Below are positions 36,901-46,844 of a stretch of 64,000 bases of DNA, piece after piece. The DNA is from a virus (taxonomy: Duplodnaviria > Caudoviricetes), in the IMG/VR virus record IMGVR_UViG_3300025679_000005; one strand, 5' to 3'. The number at the start of each line of letters is the position of its first letter. Positions within the stretch are counted from its first letter, which is position 1. Position numbers and translations under genes: made by a program. A model generated the notes under the pieces. That model worked only from the letters and a program-made list of their open reading frames with translations. It was not told where the DNA came from and searched no databases.

Positions 36901-39599
36901 ATCGAAAGCGTGAGGTGCTATCAGAGGGTCTATGATCTCTGATCTCTGAGGTGGATTGAAACACACGGATTCGGACCTCATGCTCCGTGTTGACTTCCCT
37001 CAGGGTCATTGATCTCTGAGGTGAATTGAAACCTCCGAATGCTCACGCCGGCAGAGCGTCGTCATGGGGAGCCTCAGAGGTCTCTGATCTCTGAGGTGAA
37101 TTGAAACGAGACGATCCAGGTCGTGGTCGCCACGTGCGGACAAGCCCTCAGAGGTCTCTGATCTCTGAGGTGAATTGAAACGCTCACCTAGTGACCGAGG
37201 AAAAGAAGGTCGATGGCCTCAGAGGTCTCTGATCTCTGAGGTGAATTGAAACGATTCTGCCGCTCCCCCTAAGCGCTCATGTCGAGCGCCTCAGAAGGCT
37301 CTGATCTCTGAGGTGAGTTGAAACGATTCCCGTGTGCCCCGCTACGTCCAATCACGGACGCACCTCAGAGGTCTATGATCTCTGAGGTGAATTGAAACTG
37401 GTAAGAGCCGGTGGCGTATACCTCGAAGTCCGCACTCCTCTGATCTCTGAGGTGAATTGAAACAGGCAGGGGTCACAGAGCTTGCGACCGACCTTGACCT
37501 CAGAGGTCTATGATCTCTGAGGTGAATTGAAACACTTGCTTCGTGGTCATGCCAGGTCGGGGGACACTCAACCTCAGAGGTCTAGGATCTATGATCTCTG
37601 AGGTGAATTGAAACGAATGGGCACGTTGGAATGCACTAAGATGGTTGGCGGCCTCAGAGGCCTATGATCTCTGAAGGTGTATTGAAACAAGGCACTGCGA
37701 GTCTTTGACGCTTCCGCGAAGGCTGTCTCAGAGGTCTATGATCTCTGAGGTGAATTGAAACCTCACGAGCAACAAGAGGCCACGGGCGCAGCCCCGGCCT
37801 CTTTGGTCACTGATCCCGGAGGTGAGTTGAAACTTCAGGAGAACTCAGAGGCTATTGGCTTCTGAGTTGAGTTGAAATTCCTGCTGAATCGTGATGCCTG
37901 TAGCCTAAGTGAGTTGAAACAGCCGTAGCGAATAGCCATGTGAGTAGAGAGGCTACCTGAGGTCAATGATCTCAGAGTGAGTTGAAACGTCGTGATGGAG
38001 CGTGTGCACTCGACGGTCAGAGCCATCCTCTGAGGTCTTTAATCCCCGGAGGTGAATTGAAACGCCAGCGCGACCGTTACGAACGATGCCCGGAGGTCCC
38101 TCTGGGGTCTTTGATCCCGGAGGTGAGTTGAAACACAGACACTCTTGGGCTTTAACATCGTTCCTCAGAGGTCTATGATCTCTGAGGTGAATTGAAACAC
38201 TTCGGAGGCGGCCTTTGGAGGTCACATGTCTACTACCCTCAGAGGTCTATGATCTCTGAGGTGAGTTGAAACAGGGCGGCGCTTCGACAGATGCTCCAAG
38301 ACAACGCACCTCAGAGGTCGTTGATCTCAGAGGTGAATTGAAACGGAGTCTGCTGAAGCAGATCGTCAATAGCGATCTTGGTGCCTCAGAGGTCTCTGAT
38401 CTCTGAGGTGAGTTGAAACACGTGGAGCGGCAGGCCAGCTAGGCTTCTCCGGATCCCTCAGAGGTCTCTGATCCCTGAGGTGAATTGAAACCAGGTACGG
38501 CCAACGTACCCCTTGGCGTGGGACTTCTGAGGTCTCTGATCTTAGAAGTGAATTGAAACATGAAGCCCAGCTCGTCCAGCGCCTTGATGTGCGGGGCCTC
38601 AGAGGTTCTGAGGTGAGTTGAAACGACTCCATCAGTGGACGCTGCGTCCACGCCGGATCCTCTGTGGTGTCATTGATCTCAGAGGTGGATTGAAACCAGG
38701 CCGCTCAGCGGTGTACCTATAGAGGTCTGAGGTCGGGGATCTCGTGAATTGAAACCTGAGCCAACCTCGTTGGACTGCTGGGTATCGAAGGCTTCTGAGA
38801 TCAATGATCTCAGAAGTGAGTTGAAACGCGAGCTGCTCTCACCGTGTCTGACAACCCCGCGGATCCTCTGGCTCACAGAGGTGAGTTGAAACATCAGAAC
38901 TGGCCTGCGAAGGTCGAAGGTCGTCTAGTCCTCTGGGGTCATTGATCCTGGAGGTGAGTTGAAACGTCTGGTCGGAACCCTATAGTGATCGTCAGAATTG
39001 GCCTCCAGGGTCTTTGGATCCTGGAGGTGAGTTGAAACATCGACGACGGCCCGGGAATGCTACCAGATGGCAACCTCAGAGGTCTCTGATCTCTGAGGTG
39101 AATTGAAACGCCGTGGTGGGCGCGTAGTCGCCAGCCTTGATCAAACCTCAGTGGTCTCTGATCTCTGAGGTGGATTGAAACGTTGGGGTGCGATGGGCTG
39201 CATCGGTCCTCAGAGGTCTATGATCTCTGAGGTGAATTGAAACCTCTGAGCTGAGCCGTACGGGTGCAAACCGATCCACTCCTCAGAGGTCTATGATCTC
39301 TGAGGTGAATTGAAACGCGGGTCAGGAATCCGTAGAACAAGCGCTCCAGGAGCGGCCTCAGAGGTCTCTGAGGTGAATTGAAACAACGGTCTGGTGTGGG
39401 ACTGCAAACCGCGGGTGGCTGCCTCAGAGGTCTCTGATCTCTGAGGTGAATTGAAACGTGAGCGAACACAAAGTGCTCTCAACCGCGACCGAACACCTCA
39501 GAGGTCTAGGATCTCTGAGGTGAATTGAAACAGAGGTAGTCGGCAGAGAAGATAGAATTCGGCTTCAGGGCCGACTTTCTTCCTGAAGTGTATTGAAAT
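33959..39599 (+). CRISPR. Type I-C-like CRISPR array, about 80 repeats: 40 near-identical (33959-36832) then about 40 degenerate (36864-39599)
   Basis: 36-nt repeat CCTCAGAGGCTATTGGCTTCTGAGGTGAATTGAAAC (hairpin plus 11-nt tail); distal consensus CCTCAGAGGTCT(C/A)TGATCTCTGAGGTGA(A/G)TTGAAAC; spacers mostly 34-40 nt. Confidence 0.98.
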
Positions 39600-39620
39600 A
39601 TTCTTGGAGTTTGACCAAAA

Positions 39621-39646
39621 GTACCGGGAGGGCCTCCTCCCGGTAC
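39621..39646. terminator. GC-rich hairpin at the array 3' end
   Basis: GTACCGGGAGG-GCCT-CCTCCCGGTAC, 11-bp stem; no downstream U-tract on plus. Confidence 0.5.
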
Positions 39647-39710
39647 TCCCAGAATGAACTTTCGGTGTATGGGGCCTTAAGCAGTTCGCGCCCCAGCCGT
39701 TAGGAAGAGC

Positions 39711-40352
39711 ATGGTCGAAATCAAAAGCAAAATGTACAACATCGAGATGCGAGGCCGCTTGGCCTGCTTCACAGCCGTCGAATCGAAGATCGAGCGGGTC
39801 TCGTACCCCATCCCCACCCCCTCAGCAGTAGAGGGCGCCTTGAGTGGCGTCATGGGGAAGCACGAGATCCAATGGCACTTGTCCCAGTGCCGCGTGCTCT
39901 CCAAGATCAGGCATACGCCCGTTCGTCGCAATGAGCTGAAGGAGTTCGGCAACAATCCTGTCTACATTGAGAACAACCGCGCCCAACGCACCACCCTGTA
40001 CCTGAAGGACGTGCACTACGTGTTCTCGGTCTTCATGACGATTCGGCCCGATGCCTTCACCAGGGACATCGTCAAGTACGAGTCCATGTTCGAACGTCGC
40101 ATGGAAGGCGGGCAGTTCGAATACTACCCGTATTTCGGCTTACGGGAACTCGCGGTCAGTCGTTACGCTTTGGTGGACGACCTGAGCCAGTTCACGCCTA
40201 TCCCGTTCTCACAGAACTTCGGTCGGATGTTCTACGGCCACCAGTATCGTGATCGTCGAGTCGTTTCCAGTAAGTTCTGGGAAGCCAAAATCGTCAGAGG
40301 CATCGTCAACTACCCATCGCGAGATGAGATCTTCGGAGAAATTGAAACATGA
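39711..40352 (+). CDS. cas5: Type I-C Cas5 (Cas5d)
   Basis: ACFT...KIERVSYPIPTPSA, RRNE, LKDVHY, MFERR..GGQ...PYFGLRE. Confidence 0.92.
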   Translation: MVEIKSKMYNIEMRGRLACFTAVESKIERVSYPIPTPSAVEGALSGVMGKHEIQWHLSQCRVLSKIRHTPVRRNELKEFGNNPVYIENNRAQRTTLYLKDVHYVFSVFMTIRPDAFTRDIVKYESMFERRMEGGQFEYYPYFGLRELAVSRYALVDDLSQFTPIPFSQNFGRMFYGHQYRDRRVVSSKFWEAKIVRGIVNYPSRDEIFGEIET

Positions 40353-42154
40353 GCCAGTTACTCAGCAGCCTATACAGTTACGCGGTGGCCCACTCTCTAG
40401 AGGCTCCGTCAGAAGAGCGCGACTTCCCGCTCAAGTTGGTCTTGAACGAGAGCGGCTTCGTTGGCCTGGAGATCCTGAACCAGGCACTATGCGTTCCACC
40501 ACAAGTCATGATGAGAGGTAACAAGACGAAGCCAAATTTGGGCTACGACAATATCAGCTACGTTTTGGGCATTGGCCTCGTAGAACGAGCAGAGCGCTTC
40601 CCAGCGTTCTGGAAGCACACAATCGAGCAGTTGACCCGGGCCGGGGCACCGGAAGGAGTCCTCACCGCTGTCAAAGCTTTCCAAGACACGCGGGAATCGT
40701 GGAGGGAAGCGGCCCTGGCCTGCACCAGAGCATTTACCGAGGCGGACCCGAAGTTGGTGTTCGAGGGCGGGGAGTGGGTTGTCATTGAAGTTCAAGGCCA
40801 CGGCTATCTGCACAATACTCCAGGTCTTAGGCAAGACATCGAAAATATTGATGTCTTCGAGACAACGGGGATTTGTGCCGTATCGGGAGTTGCCTGTAAC
40901 CCCACACGATTGCATCCCGCCATCAAAGGGGTGCTAAAGGATGCAGTACCACTGGTCTCTTACAACGGCACTGCATACGAATTTGAAGGTCTCGAACAAG
41001 GGGCTAACTTTCCCACCAGTGCGACCGTAGCCCAAGGGTACACGAACGCCCTGAACGACTTGCTGTTCTATGTCCCCGATCGCCCGGGGCGTCGCAAGAA
41101 CGGGATCAATCTTCCCAGTGGTGCCGTTCTGGTGCTGTGGTCCAACGACCCAGAGGTGGATGTACAGCCTCTCATTGATGTCCTGTACGCCTCCAACAAC
41201 AAGGAGGACCGCGAGGTCGTGTCCAGGACTTGGGCCGCTTTTGAAGCCCTCAAGGAGTCTGAGGCAGAGGTCCACGTCTTGCTACTAGTCGGATACAGGG
41301 GTCGGATCTCCATCAATCGTTGGACGACTGTCTCCCTCACGGAGCTGCTGGTCAACCTGCGTAGCTATCGTCAAGCCTTCGCCAAGTTCTCGGAGTTCCC
41401 CAGCATGTACGAGCTGCTGGAGAACCTCAGCTCGGAAAAGCCTCAGATGGAGAATCCGAAGAAATACCTGCCGAAGCAAATTCTGTCGGAGACCCTTAAG
41501 AGTTCCCTCTACGAGGCCGTACTGTTCGGGGAACCCATTCCAAAGTCTGTCTACCAGTACGCTGTCAACCGCATGGTGCGGAGCAACCCCAACTCATACC
41601 CCTCCGAGCACGGATGGTTCCGCCAAATGGCGATCCTAAATGCTTGGATCAGCTTGAATCAACAACAAAAGGACACAATGACTGAGCCCACAAATTCTGA
41701 CGGCCCCCAGGGCCCGCAACGTTGCAACTACATTCCGAAGGACGCCTCCCCTGCTTTTCATGAGGGGCGCTTCCTGGCATGCGCCGAAGAGTATCAGTAC
41801 ATCTATGCCGGCCAAAAACCTGGCACCACAGCAAAAGTCGGCACGCCATTTGGCAGCAAGCTGAGTGAATTCTCGACAAATACTACCCGTTCAAAAGTGG
41901 CCATCCAAAGTGTACTCGTGATTTTCCAGAGAGGGTGCTCTGGACCCAGCGCCAATGTGGTCAGGGAAGAGCTGGATGATGTGACGTTTCACCTGGCTCT
42001 GCATCAGACCCCTGGCCGGGCCACCCCCAAACAACGCCAGGACATCTGTCAAGGCTACTTCAGCGAAAAACTCTACCTTAAGGATCGCAAGGGGTACCGT
42101 GCCCCGCTTCCCCCCACAACTGATGGAGACGAGAACACCTCGTCATCCGTTTGA
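40349..42154 (+). CDS. cas8c: Type I-C Cas8c (Csd1), short variant
   Basis: LHPAIKGV...LVSYN...QGANFP...Y.NALNDLL; GRISI; C-terminal F..GRFLA..E..Q; position between cas5 and cas7. Confidence 0.82.
   Translation: MSQLLSSLYSYAVAHSLEAPSEERDFPLKLVLNESGFVGLEILNQALCVPPQVMMRGNKTKPNLGYDNISYVLGIGLVERAERFPAFWKHTIEQLTRAGAPEGVLTAVKAFQDTRESWREAALACTRAFTEADPKLVFEGGEWVVIEVQGHGYLHNTPGLRQDIENIDVFETTGICAVSGVACNPTRLHPAIKGVLKDAVPLVSYNGTAYEFEGLEQGANFPTSATVAQGYTNALNDLLFYVPDRPGRRKNGINLPSGAVLVLWSNDPEVDVQPLIDVLYASNNKEDREVVSRTWAAFEALKESEAEVHVLLLVGYRGRISINRWTTVSLTELLVNLRSYRQAFAKFSEFPSMYELLENLSSEKPQMENPKKYLPKQILSETLKSSLYEAVLFGEPIPKSVYQYAVNRMVRSNPNSYPSEHGWFRQMAILNAWISLNQQQKDTMTEPTNSDGPQGPQRCNYIPKDASPAFHEGRFLACAEEYQYIYAGQKPGTTAKVGTPFGSKLSEFSTNTTRSKVAIQSVLVIFQRGCSGPSANVVREELDDVTFHLALHQTPGRATPKQRQDICQGYFSEKLYLKDRKGYRAPLPPTTDGDENTSSSV
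41678..42154 (+). CDS. Probable internally translated Cas11 (small subunit) within cas8c
   Basis: In-frame ATG with upstream AAGGA just before the AFHEGRFLA domain. Confidence 0.55.
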   Translation: MTEPTNSDGPQGPQRCNYIPKDASPAFHEGRFLACAEEYQYIYAGQKPGTTAKVGTPFGSKLSEFSTNTTRSKVAIQSVLVIFQRGCSGPSANVVREELDDVTFHLALHQTPGRATPKQRQDICQGYFSEKLYLKDRKGYRAPLPPTTDGDENTSSSV

Positions 42155-42183
42155 TCGACTCTCAAAACACAAATAGGAACAAA

Positions 42184-43131
42184 ATGGCACCGAAAAAAGC
42201 TACTGCTGCTGCAATTCTCGAAACCCCGTCCAACACAGCTGTCGAGAAATCCCACTCCGACACCGTGGTCGATCGTCGCATCGACATCTTCATCGTGTGG
42301 GACATCACCGCAGGGTCTCCTCAAGGGGATCCTGCTCAACTCAACAACCGTCCTCGTGAGGACATCGACACCGGCAACGGCATGTTCACGGATGCTGGCT
42401 GGAAACGCCACATCCGTGACTACATCATGATGGCCTACGAGGGCAAGGAAGGTCTGGACATCCACATCCGTCAGAAAGCGATCTTGTCAGAGGGCGTTCT
42501 CGATGCCCAAACCAAGCTCGGGATCAAGCCCGCGGATGCCCAGAAAGACGCAAATCAAACTCGTGTCCGCGACGCCATGTGCAAAAGCTACTTCGATGTC
42601 CGAGCATTCGGCGAAGTTGTAGCCCACAGCACCGCCACCAACTCCGGCAAGATCACTGGCCCTGTCCAGTTCACGCACTTCTGGAGCCAAGATCCCTTGG
42701 ACACCATGGAGATCAAGGGGACCCGCGTGGCGGTCGCCAACCAAGAGCGCTCGGACAGCATGGCCGGGTTCAACCAGGACTTCAGCATCAAGTACGTGGT
42801 CCCGTACGCCCTGTTCCACGGAAACGGCTTCGTGTCCCCCTTCTGGGCCAAGAAGACGGGATTCACCTGGGGCGACTACGAAGTGCTGATCGAAGCCATG
42901 AAGAACCTGTTCGAGAATCGTCGAACATCTTCGAGCGGGCTTCGGACTACCCGAAAGATCATCGCTTTCGAGCACAGCACCCACTTGGGCTGCGCTCCGG
43001 CGGCCGATCTCTTCGATCTGGTCAAGATCGTCAAGAAGAACCCCGACAAGCCGGCTCGTGCCTACTCGGATTACGAGATCACGATCGACGAGGCGAATCT
43101 GCCTGCCGGTGTAACCGTCAAGGTGTACTGA
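42184..43131 (+). CDS. cas7: Type I-C Cas7 (Csd2)
   Basis: PQGDP...N.PR.D, TDAGWKRHIRDY, YFDVRAFG, GPVQF, VVPYALF, AKKTGFT. Confidence 0.93.
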   Translation: MAPKKATAAAILETPSNTAVEKSHSDTVVDRRIDIFIVWDITAGSPQGDPAQLNNRPREDIDTGNGMFTDAGWKRHIRDYIMMAYEGKEGLDIHIRQKAILSEGVLDAQTKLGIKPADAQKDANQTRVRDAMCKSYFDVRAFGEVVAHSTATNSGKITGPVQFTHFWSQDPLDTMEIKGTRVAVANQERSDSMAGFNQDFSIKYVVPYALFHGNGFVSPFWAKKTGFTWGDYEVLIEAMKNLFENRRTSSSGLRTTRKIIAFEHSTHLGCAPAADLFDLVKIVKKNPDKPARAYSDYEITIDEANLPAGVTVKVY

Positions 43132-43147
43132 TCCCCTGACGGCTCTT

Positions 43148-43190
43148 GCAGGGGGAGGGTATGACACCTTCCCCCTGCTTCCTTCTATTT
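43148..43190 (+). terminator. Intrinsic terminator-like hairpin after cas7
   Basis: GCAGGGGGAGGGT-ATGAC-ACCTTCCCCCTGC followed by a pyrimidine-rich tract. Confidence 0.6.
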
Positions 43191-43209
43191 TCACACACGA
43201 AAGATTTAA

Positions 43210-45588
43210 ATGACTCGCTGTCTACCGTCTCGACACCAGCCCTCCGTGGGTGCGGTGCCTTTTTGTCTGCATACTCGATACTATCAGCCAGATGTCTTCA
43301 AGGAGCTGACAGAGCTAGTGCCCTCAGAGCCACAGGTGGCATTGCTGTTGCCTACAGGCAGCGGTAAGACAACGCTGATTCTGTCTTTCATCGCCTGGGT
43401 GTTCGAGCAGCCAAAGCCACCTTTCTCCGAAGTCTACGTCATCGCCCCTCAGAAGACCGTCCGCGATGGCTTCAAAGGCAATAAGGGGGAGAACCGTCAA
43501 TTCCAAGTCAATCCAGGAGAGGCCTGCTATGAGCTTGTGTCCGCAGAGGATCTGGATTCGAGGACTTCTCTGGACGAAACGGGGGATCTCGATACCAAGC
43601 TTTTAGAAGTGCCCAAACCTGGAACAAAAGTGTGGTTCGCAGAGACTCATGCCAAATTCGCACTTGAGAAGCTGCTCTGCAACTTGCAGAACCACTGCTG
43701 TACTGCTGACTTCCACGGCAAGCTATTGGTGGTGGATGAGGGGCACCACGCCAAGCTGGGCAACAACATCCGAGCCTTCATCGACTATTGGGTGGCCAAT
43801 GGTGGGCACGTACTGTACGCCACTGCCACTCCGGGAGACGGTATCCCTGAGACCGCCAAACTGATCCAACGCACTCTCACTGAGCTAATGGCGCCGCCAT
43901 ACGACCTCCCGCCGTGTGCCCCCACAAGGATCCTATCTAATTTCATCGATACGGGGTTGGCGGAGGACTCCGAGCAAGACGCTGATGGGACTCATTGTGC
44001 TCCTATCGGGACTGAGGCCGAGTTGCGCAATGTCTTCGAGGACATGGCCACTCGCTGGAATGACGCTGGTCGTCCCAAGACTATTGTCCGGATCAAGCCT
44101 AAGCAAGACACTCAGCACAACATCAAAATGCTTCTTATGGCCAAAAAAGCCTTTGAGGACGTAGGTGCGAGAGCTTTTGCCGTCAGAGCTGATGTCAACT
44201 TGAAAACAGGATCCGAAATCAAACGCATTGACGGCTTGATTTCCTCCGAGGACCTCTCAGAAAAGCTGGCTAAGGAGCGCCGTCGGTCGTATTCAGAATC
44301 CGAGTGCGACGTGATCATCACGCTCAACACAATGATTGAAGGTGCCGATTGGCCCCTTTGCAGTCATGTCTACTTGTGGGGCGTGCCCGGCAACTGTCAG
44401 ACCACTGTTCAGGTACTGGGGCGAGCCACTCGTCTAAGGACCGGTATCTCAGACTACCCGCAGCAATGGTGCGAGACCACTCAGATCGTGTTCTTTGTGG
44501 GTGGTGTCTCTGATCTTCGTAATACCCACGGCACTACCATGCTTTTGGTAGGGTGCTCACTAGCTAACTACACTCTAGGTGCTCAATGGTCTACGTTCCG
44601 AGAGCATTTGAAGCTGGTCAAGGAACACCCACAGATCTTGGAACCAGCTCGTGAAGAGGCAACGGCGGTCCCCGCGGAACGTGAGAGAGAGATCAGACTG
44701 GGTATTTCGGGGCTGTCAAAAACCATTGAAAAGTTCCAAAATACCAAGGAAAGGGTGGAGAACTCCGAAGTTCACGAGAGGCGCAAACGGATAATCGAGA
44801 AGCATCTGTCCACTCTTCCAGACGGACCCGAGCGCCGATTTGGCATAAGCTTTGCCCTAGGGGAGTATCCTGGGTATCAAGAGAAATACCGCAAAGCATT
44901 GAGGGGACGCCTTCAAACGGAGAGCTTCAGCGAGGCCCATAAGGCTGTCCTGGATGAACTCCTGGAGCACTTCCTGAACTCAACTGAGGTGCTCCCTAGA
45001 GCGGGGTCCCTAATGGACCTGGAGGATATGGGACTACTCCAGTTGACTGCCCCTGTTCTTGAGGGATTGAAGGACAAGATGCTTAAGGAGTGTCCTCCTA
45101 GGTTGTACCGGAGTAAAGTCATTAACAACACTCAGAGCTTCGTTATCTCGAATCCACACCTGTCCATTTCAGAATTGCTGGATCAACCGGACCCCGCAAG
45201 CCCTGACGGGTACACCTTCAGGGCATACGACGAGGCCATTCGAGCTGGCTCACGTGGCCTGGAGAGGCACGATGACGGCCTAGGCGGTATGGTCTGTGAG
45301 CGAAGCTCGTGGTCCAAGGAATGGGTGACATCAGCTCATCTGGACCAGCTAAAGGGTGGGACTAGTCAAAAGAGGTTCGCTTCAGAGTTTAAGAAACACC
45401 CTTTGGGGTTCTTTTTCGGGCCTCCTATCACCAATCTCCTGAAGGGTCTACCCTTGGATGTCTGTGCCCGTCTGACTGTCGGCGAAGCGGTCCGCATTGG
45501 TCGTTCAGAATGGACTAAGGAGCAATACGCCTCCTTTAAGGGCCGTCTTCAGCACATGACTGTGCAGGAGGCGCTAGATGGCGTCTAA
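43210..45588 (+). CDS. SF2 helicase with no HD nuclease domain
   Basis: LPTGSGKT, VVDEGHH, TATP, MIEGADWP, QVLGRATR; Walker A is only about 45 aa from the start. Confidence 0.85.
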   Translation: MTRCLPSRHQPSVGAVPFCLHTRYYQPDVFKELTELVPSEPQVALLLPTGSGKTTLILSFIAWVFEQPKPPFSEVYVIAPQKTVRDGFKGNKGENRQFQVNPGEACYELVSAEDLDSRTSLDETGDLDTKLLEVPKPGTKVWFAETHAKFALEKLLCNLQNHCCTADFHGKLLVVDEGHHAKLGNNIRAFIDYWVANGGHVLYATATPGDGIPETAKLIQRTLTELMAPPYDLPPCAPTRILSNFIDTGLAEDSEQDADGTHCAPIGTEAELRNVFEDMATRWNDAGRPKTIVRIKPKQDTQHNIKMLLMAKKAFEDVGARAFAVRADVNLKTGSEIKRIDGLISSEDLSEKLAKERRRSYSESECDVIITLNTMIEGADWPLCSHVYLWGVPGNCQTTVQVLGRATRLRTGISDYPQQWCETTQIVFFVGGVSDLRNTHGTTMLLVGCSLANYTLGAQWSTFREHLKLVKEHPQILEPAREEATAVPAEREREIRLGISGLSKTIEKFQNTKERVENSEVHERRKRIIEKHLSTLPDGPERRFGISFALGEYPGYQEKYRKALRGRLQTESFSEAHKAVLDELLEHFLNSTEVLPRAGSLMDLEDMGLLQLTAPVLEGLKDKMLKECPPRLYRSKVINNTQSFVISNPHLSISELLDQPDPASPDGYTFRAYDEAIRAGSRGLERHDDGLGGMVCERSSWSKEWVTSAHLDQLKGGTSQKRFASEFKKHPLGFFFGPPITNLLKGLPLDVCARLTVGEAVRIGRSEWTKEQYASFKGRLQHMTVQEALDGV

Positions 45589-46360
45589 CAATAGGGCTTC
45601 CAAGACAACTGCAAAGAGGCAGGATGACATCTCGGAGCACGACAACCCTGAGAAGCAGAAGTCCAGACAACGGAATTTGGATTTCTTGATCAAGTACGGT
45701 CAGGCTATCTGGGAAGACCACCCAGGCGGTATCCTCAAGCCCCATGTCATTGAATTGATCGGCAAATCCGGTCATCTGTCCTACGAAACCTTCAAGGGAC
45801 ATCTAGCGAATCCTGACCTCGATTTCATTGGTGTTGAGTGGGCTCGCGAGGTTTTCTATCATGCGTGGGACAAACTCGACACATCAGGCCAACCATACAA
45901 ATTTCCATTGGAGCGCGGTGAGATCAGTAAGTACCTTGTGTCCAATTGGAGCAAGAAACCGGCCAGCGTGATCATATGGGACTCTACAAATTCTATGGGC
46001 AACCGTAGATGGTGGTCCAGTCAGGGACGCCGGCTCCAAGAAGCTCTTAAGGGGCACTCCAAAGCTTTTGGGGAAGTCGCTCTCCTACTGACAATGAGCT
46101 TGAGAGGCCGCCTAGACACTCATCAAAAGCACGTTGAAAACCTAAAGATATTTCGGCAGAAGCTGATGGACATTTTCAGAGTGCCCGAAGGGGCCATCAT
46201 CAAAGACCACACAGTAGTAGAGGCCTCCAACCCACTGGGCGAATTCGAGAGTCTCGAATTCTACAAGGCCAAAAGTACCTCAATGGTGACTTTCAGAGCT
46301 ATCTACAGCGCAGACGGGCACCACCGTATGCGAGGCCTACCTTCAACGGAGATCAAATGA
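45578..46360 (+). CDS. Hypothetical protein, possibly a degenerate SAM-methyltransferase fold
   Basis: VIELIGKSG, FIGVE, VIIWDS; overlaps the helicase stop. Confidence 0.5.
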   Translation: MASNNRASKTTAKRQDDISEHDNPEKQKSRQRNLDFLIKYGQAIWEDHPGGILKPHVIELIGKSGHLSYETFKGHLANPDLDFIGVEWAREVFYHAWDKLDTSGQPYKFPLERGEISKYLVSNWSKKPASVIIWDSTNSMGNRRWWSSQGRRLQEALKGHSKAFGEVALLLTMSLRGRLDTHQKHVENLKIFRQKLMDIFRVPEGAIIKDHTVVEASNPLGEFESLEFYKAKSTSMVTFRAIYSADGHHRMRGLPSTEIK

Positions 46361-46776
46361 GCACAATCCAAACAAAAATGGCTCGTGAAGCCATCAAAGC
46401 CTGCGTCTACAGTCAGGCCACCACCTCAGAGACCATTCGAACTCTCATCGAGGTGATCCGTCACGAGTATCCTGGTAAGACCGACACCGAGATCTTGACG
46501 ATTCTCGCTGAGGAGACCGACTCTGCTCCCATCGTCACGGCTTCGATCAAAGTCGAGAAACACCTGAAGAAGTCAGGGGGCTCCACTCCCGAGGCGGTCC
46601 TTGCTTTCGCCAAGGCCAAGACGACCTTCAGCTCGAAAGAGGCCCAGAACTACTTCAAGGTGACTGCCCAGAAGTTGGCGGGCTCCTTGGCCGTCCTGAC
46701 CAAACGAGGGGTGATCCGTAAAGCTCCCAAGATGAGCGAAGATGAAACTTCACTCTACAACCTAACGCACCCTTAA
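46357..46776 (+). CDS. Putative winged-helix DNA-binding protein
   Basis: STPEAVLAFAK..TTFSSKEAQ..FKV..QKLAGSLAVLTKRG. Confidence 0.6.
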   Translation: MSTIQTKMAREAIKACVYSQATTSETIRTLIEVIRHEYPGKTDTEILTILAEETDSAPIVTASIKVEKHLKKSGGSTPEAVLAFAKAKTTFSSKEAQNYFKVTAQKLAGSLAVLTKRGVIRKAPKMSEDETSLYNLTHP

Positions 46777-46844
46777 CTCCCCAGCTACCTAGGCCGTAAC
46801 AACACCCACATCCGGAACACTTCCCTCCGGTGTATAAGGAACCA

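Noticed and set aside
38560-38596. Spacer whose reverse complement resembles 51120-51140 (ACATCAAG...CTGGACGA)
   Set aside because: About 16/20 identity over a short stretch with poor flanks; compatible with chance.
33968-39482. ORFs reported inside the CRISPR array
   Set aside because: They are translations of the repeat (recurring FNSPQKPIASE or VSIHLR) and not genes.
43210-45588. Calling the helicase cas3
   Set aside because: No HD domain is fused or adjacent, the motifs are not Cas3-typical, and a terminator-like hairpin separates it from cas7.
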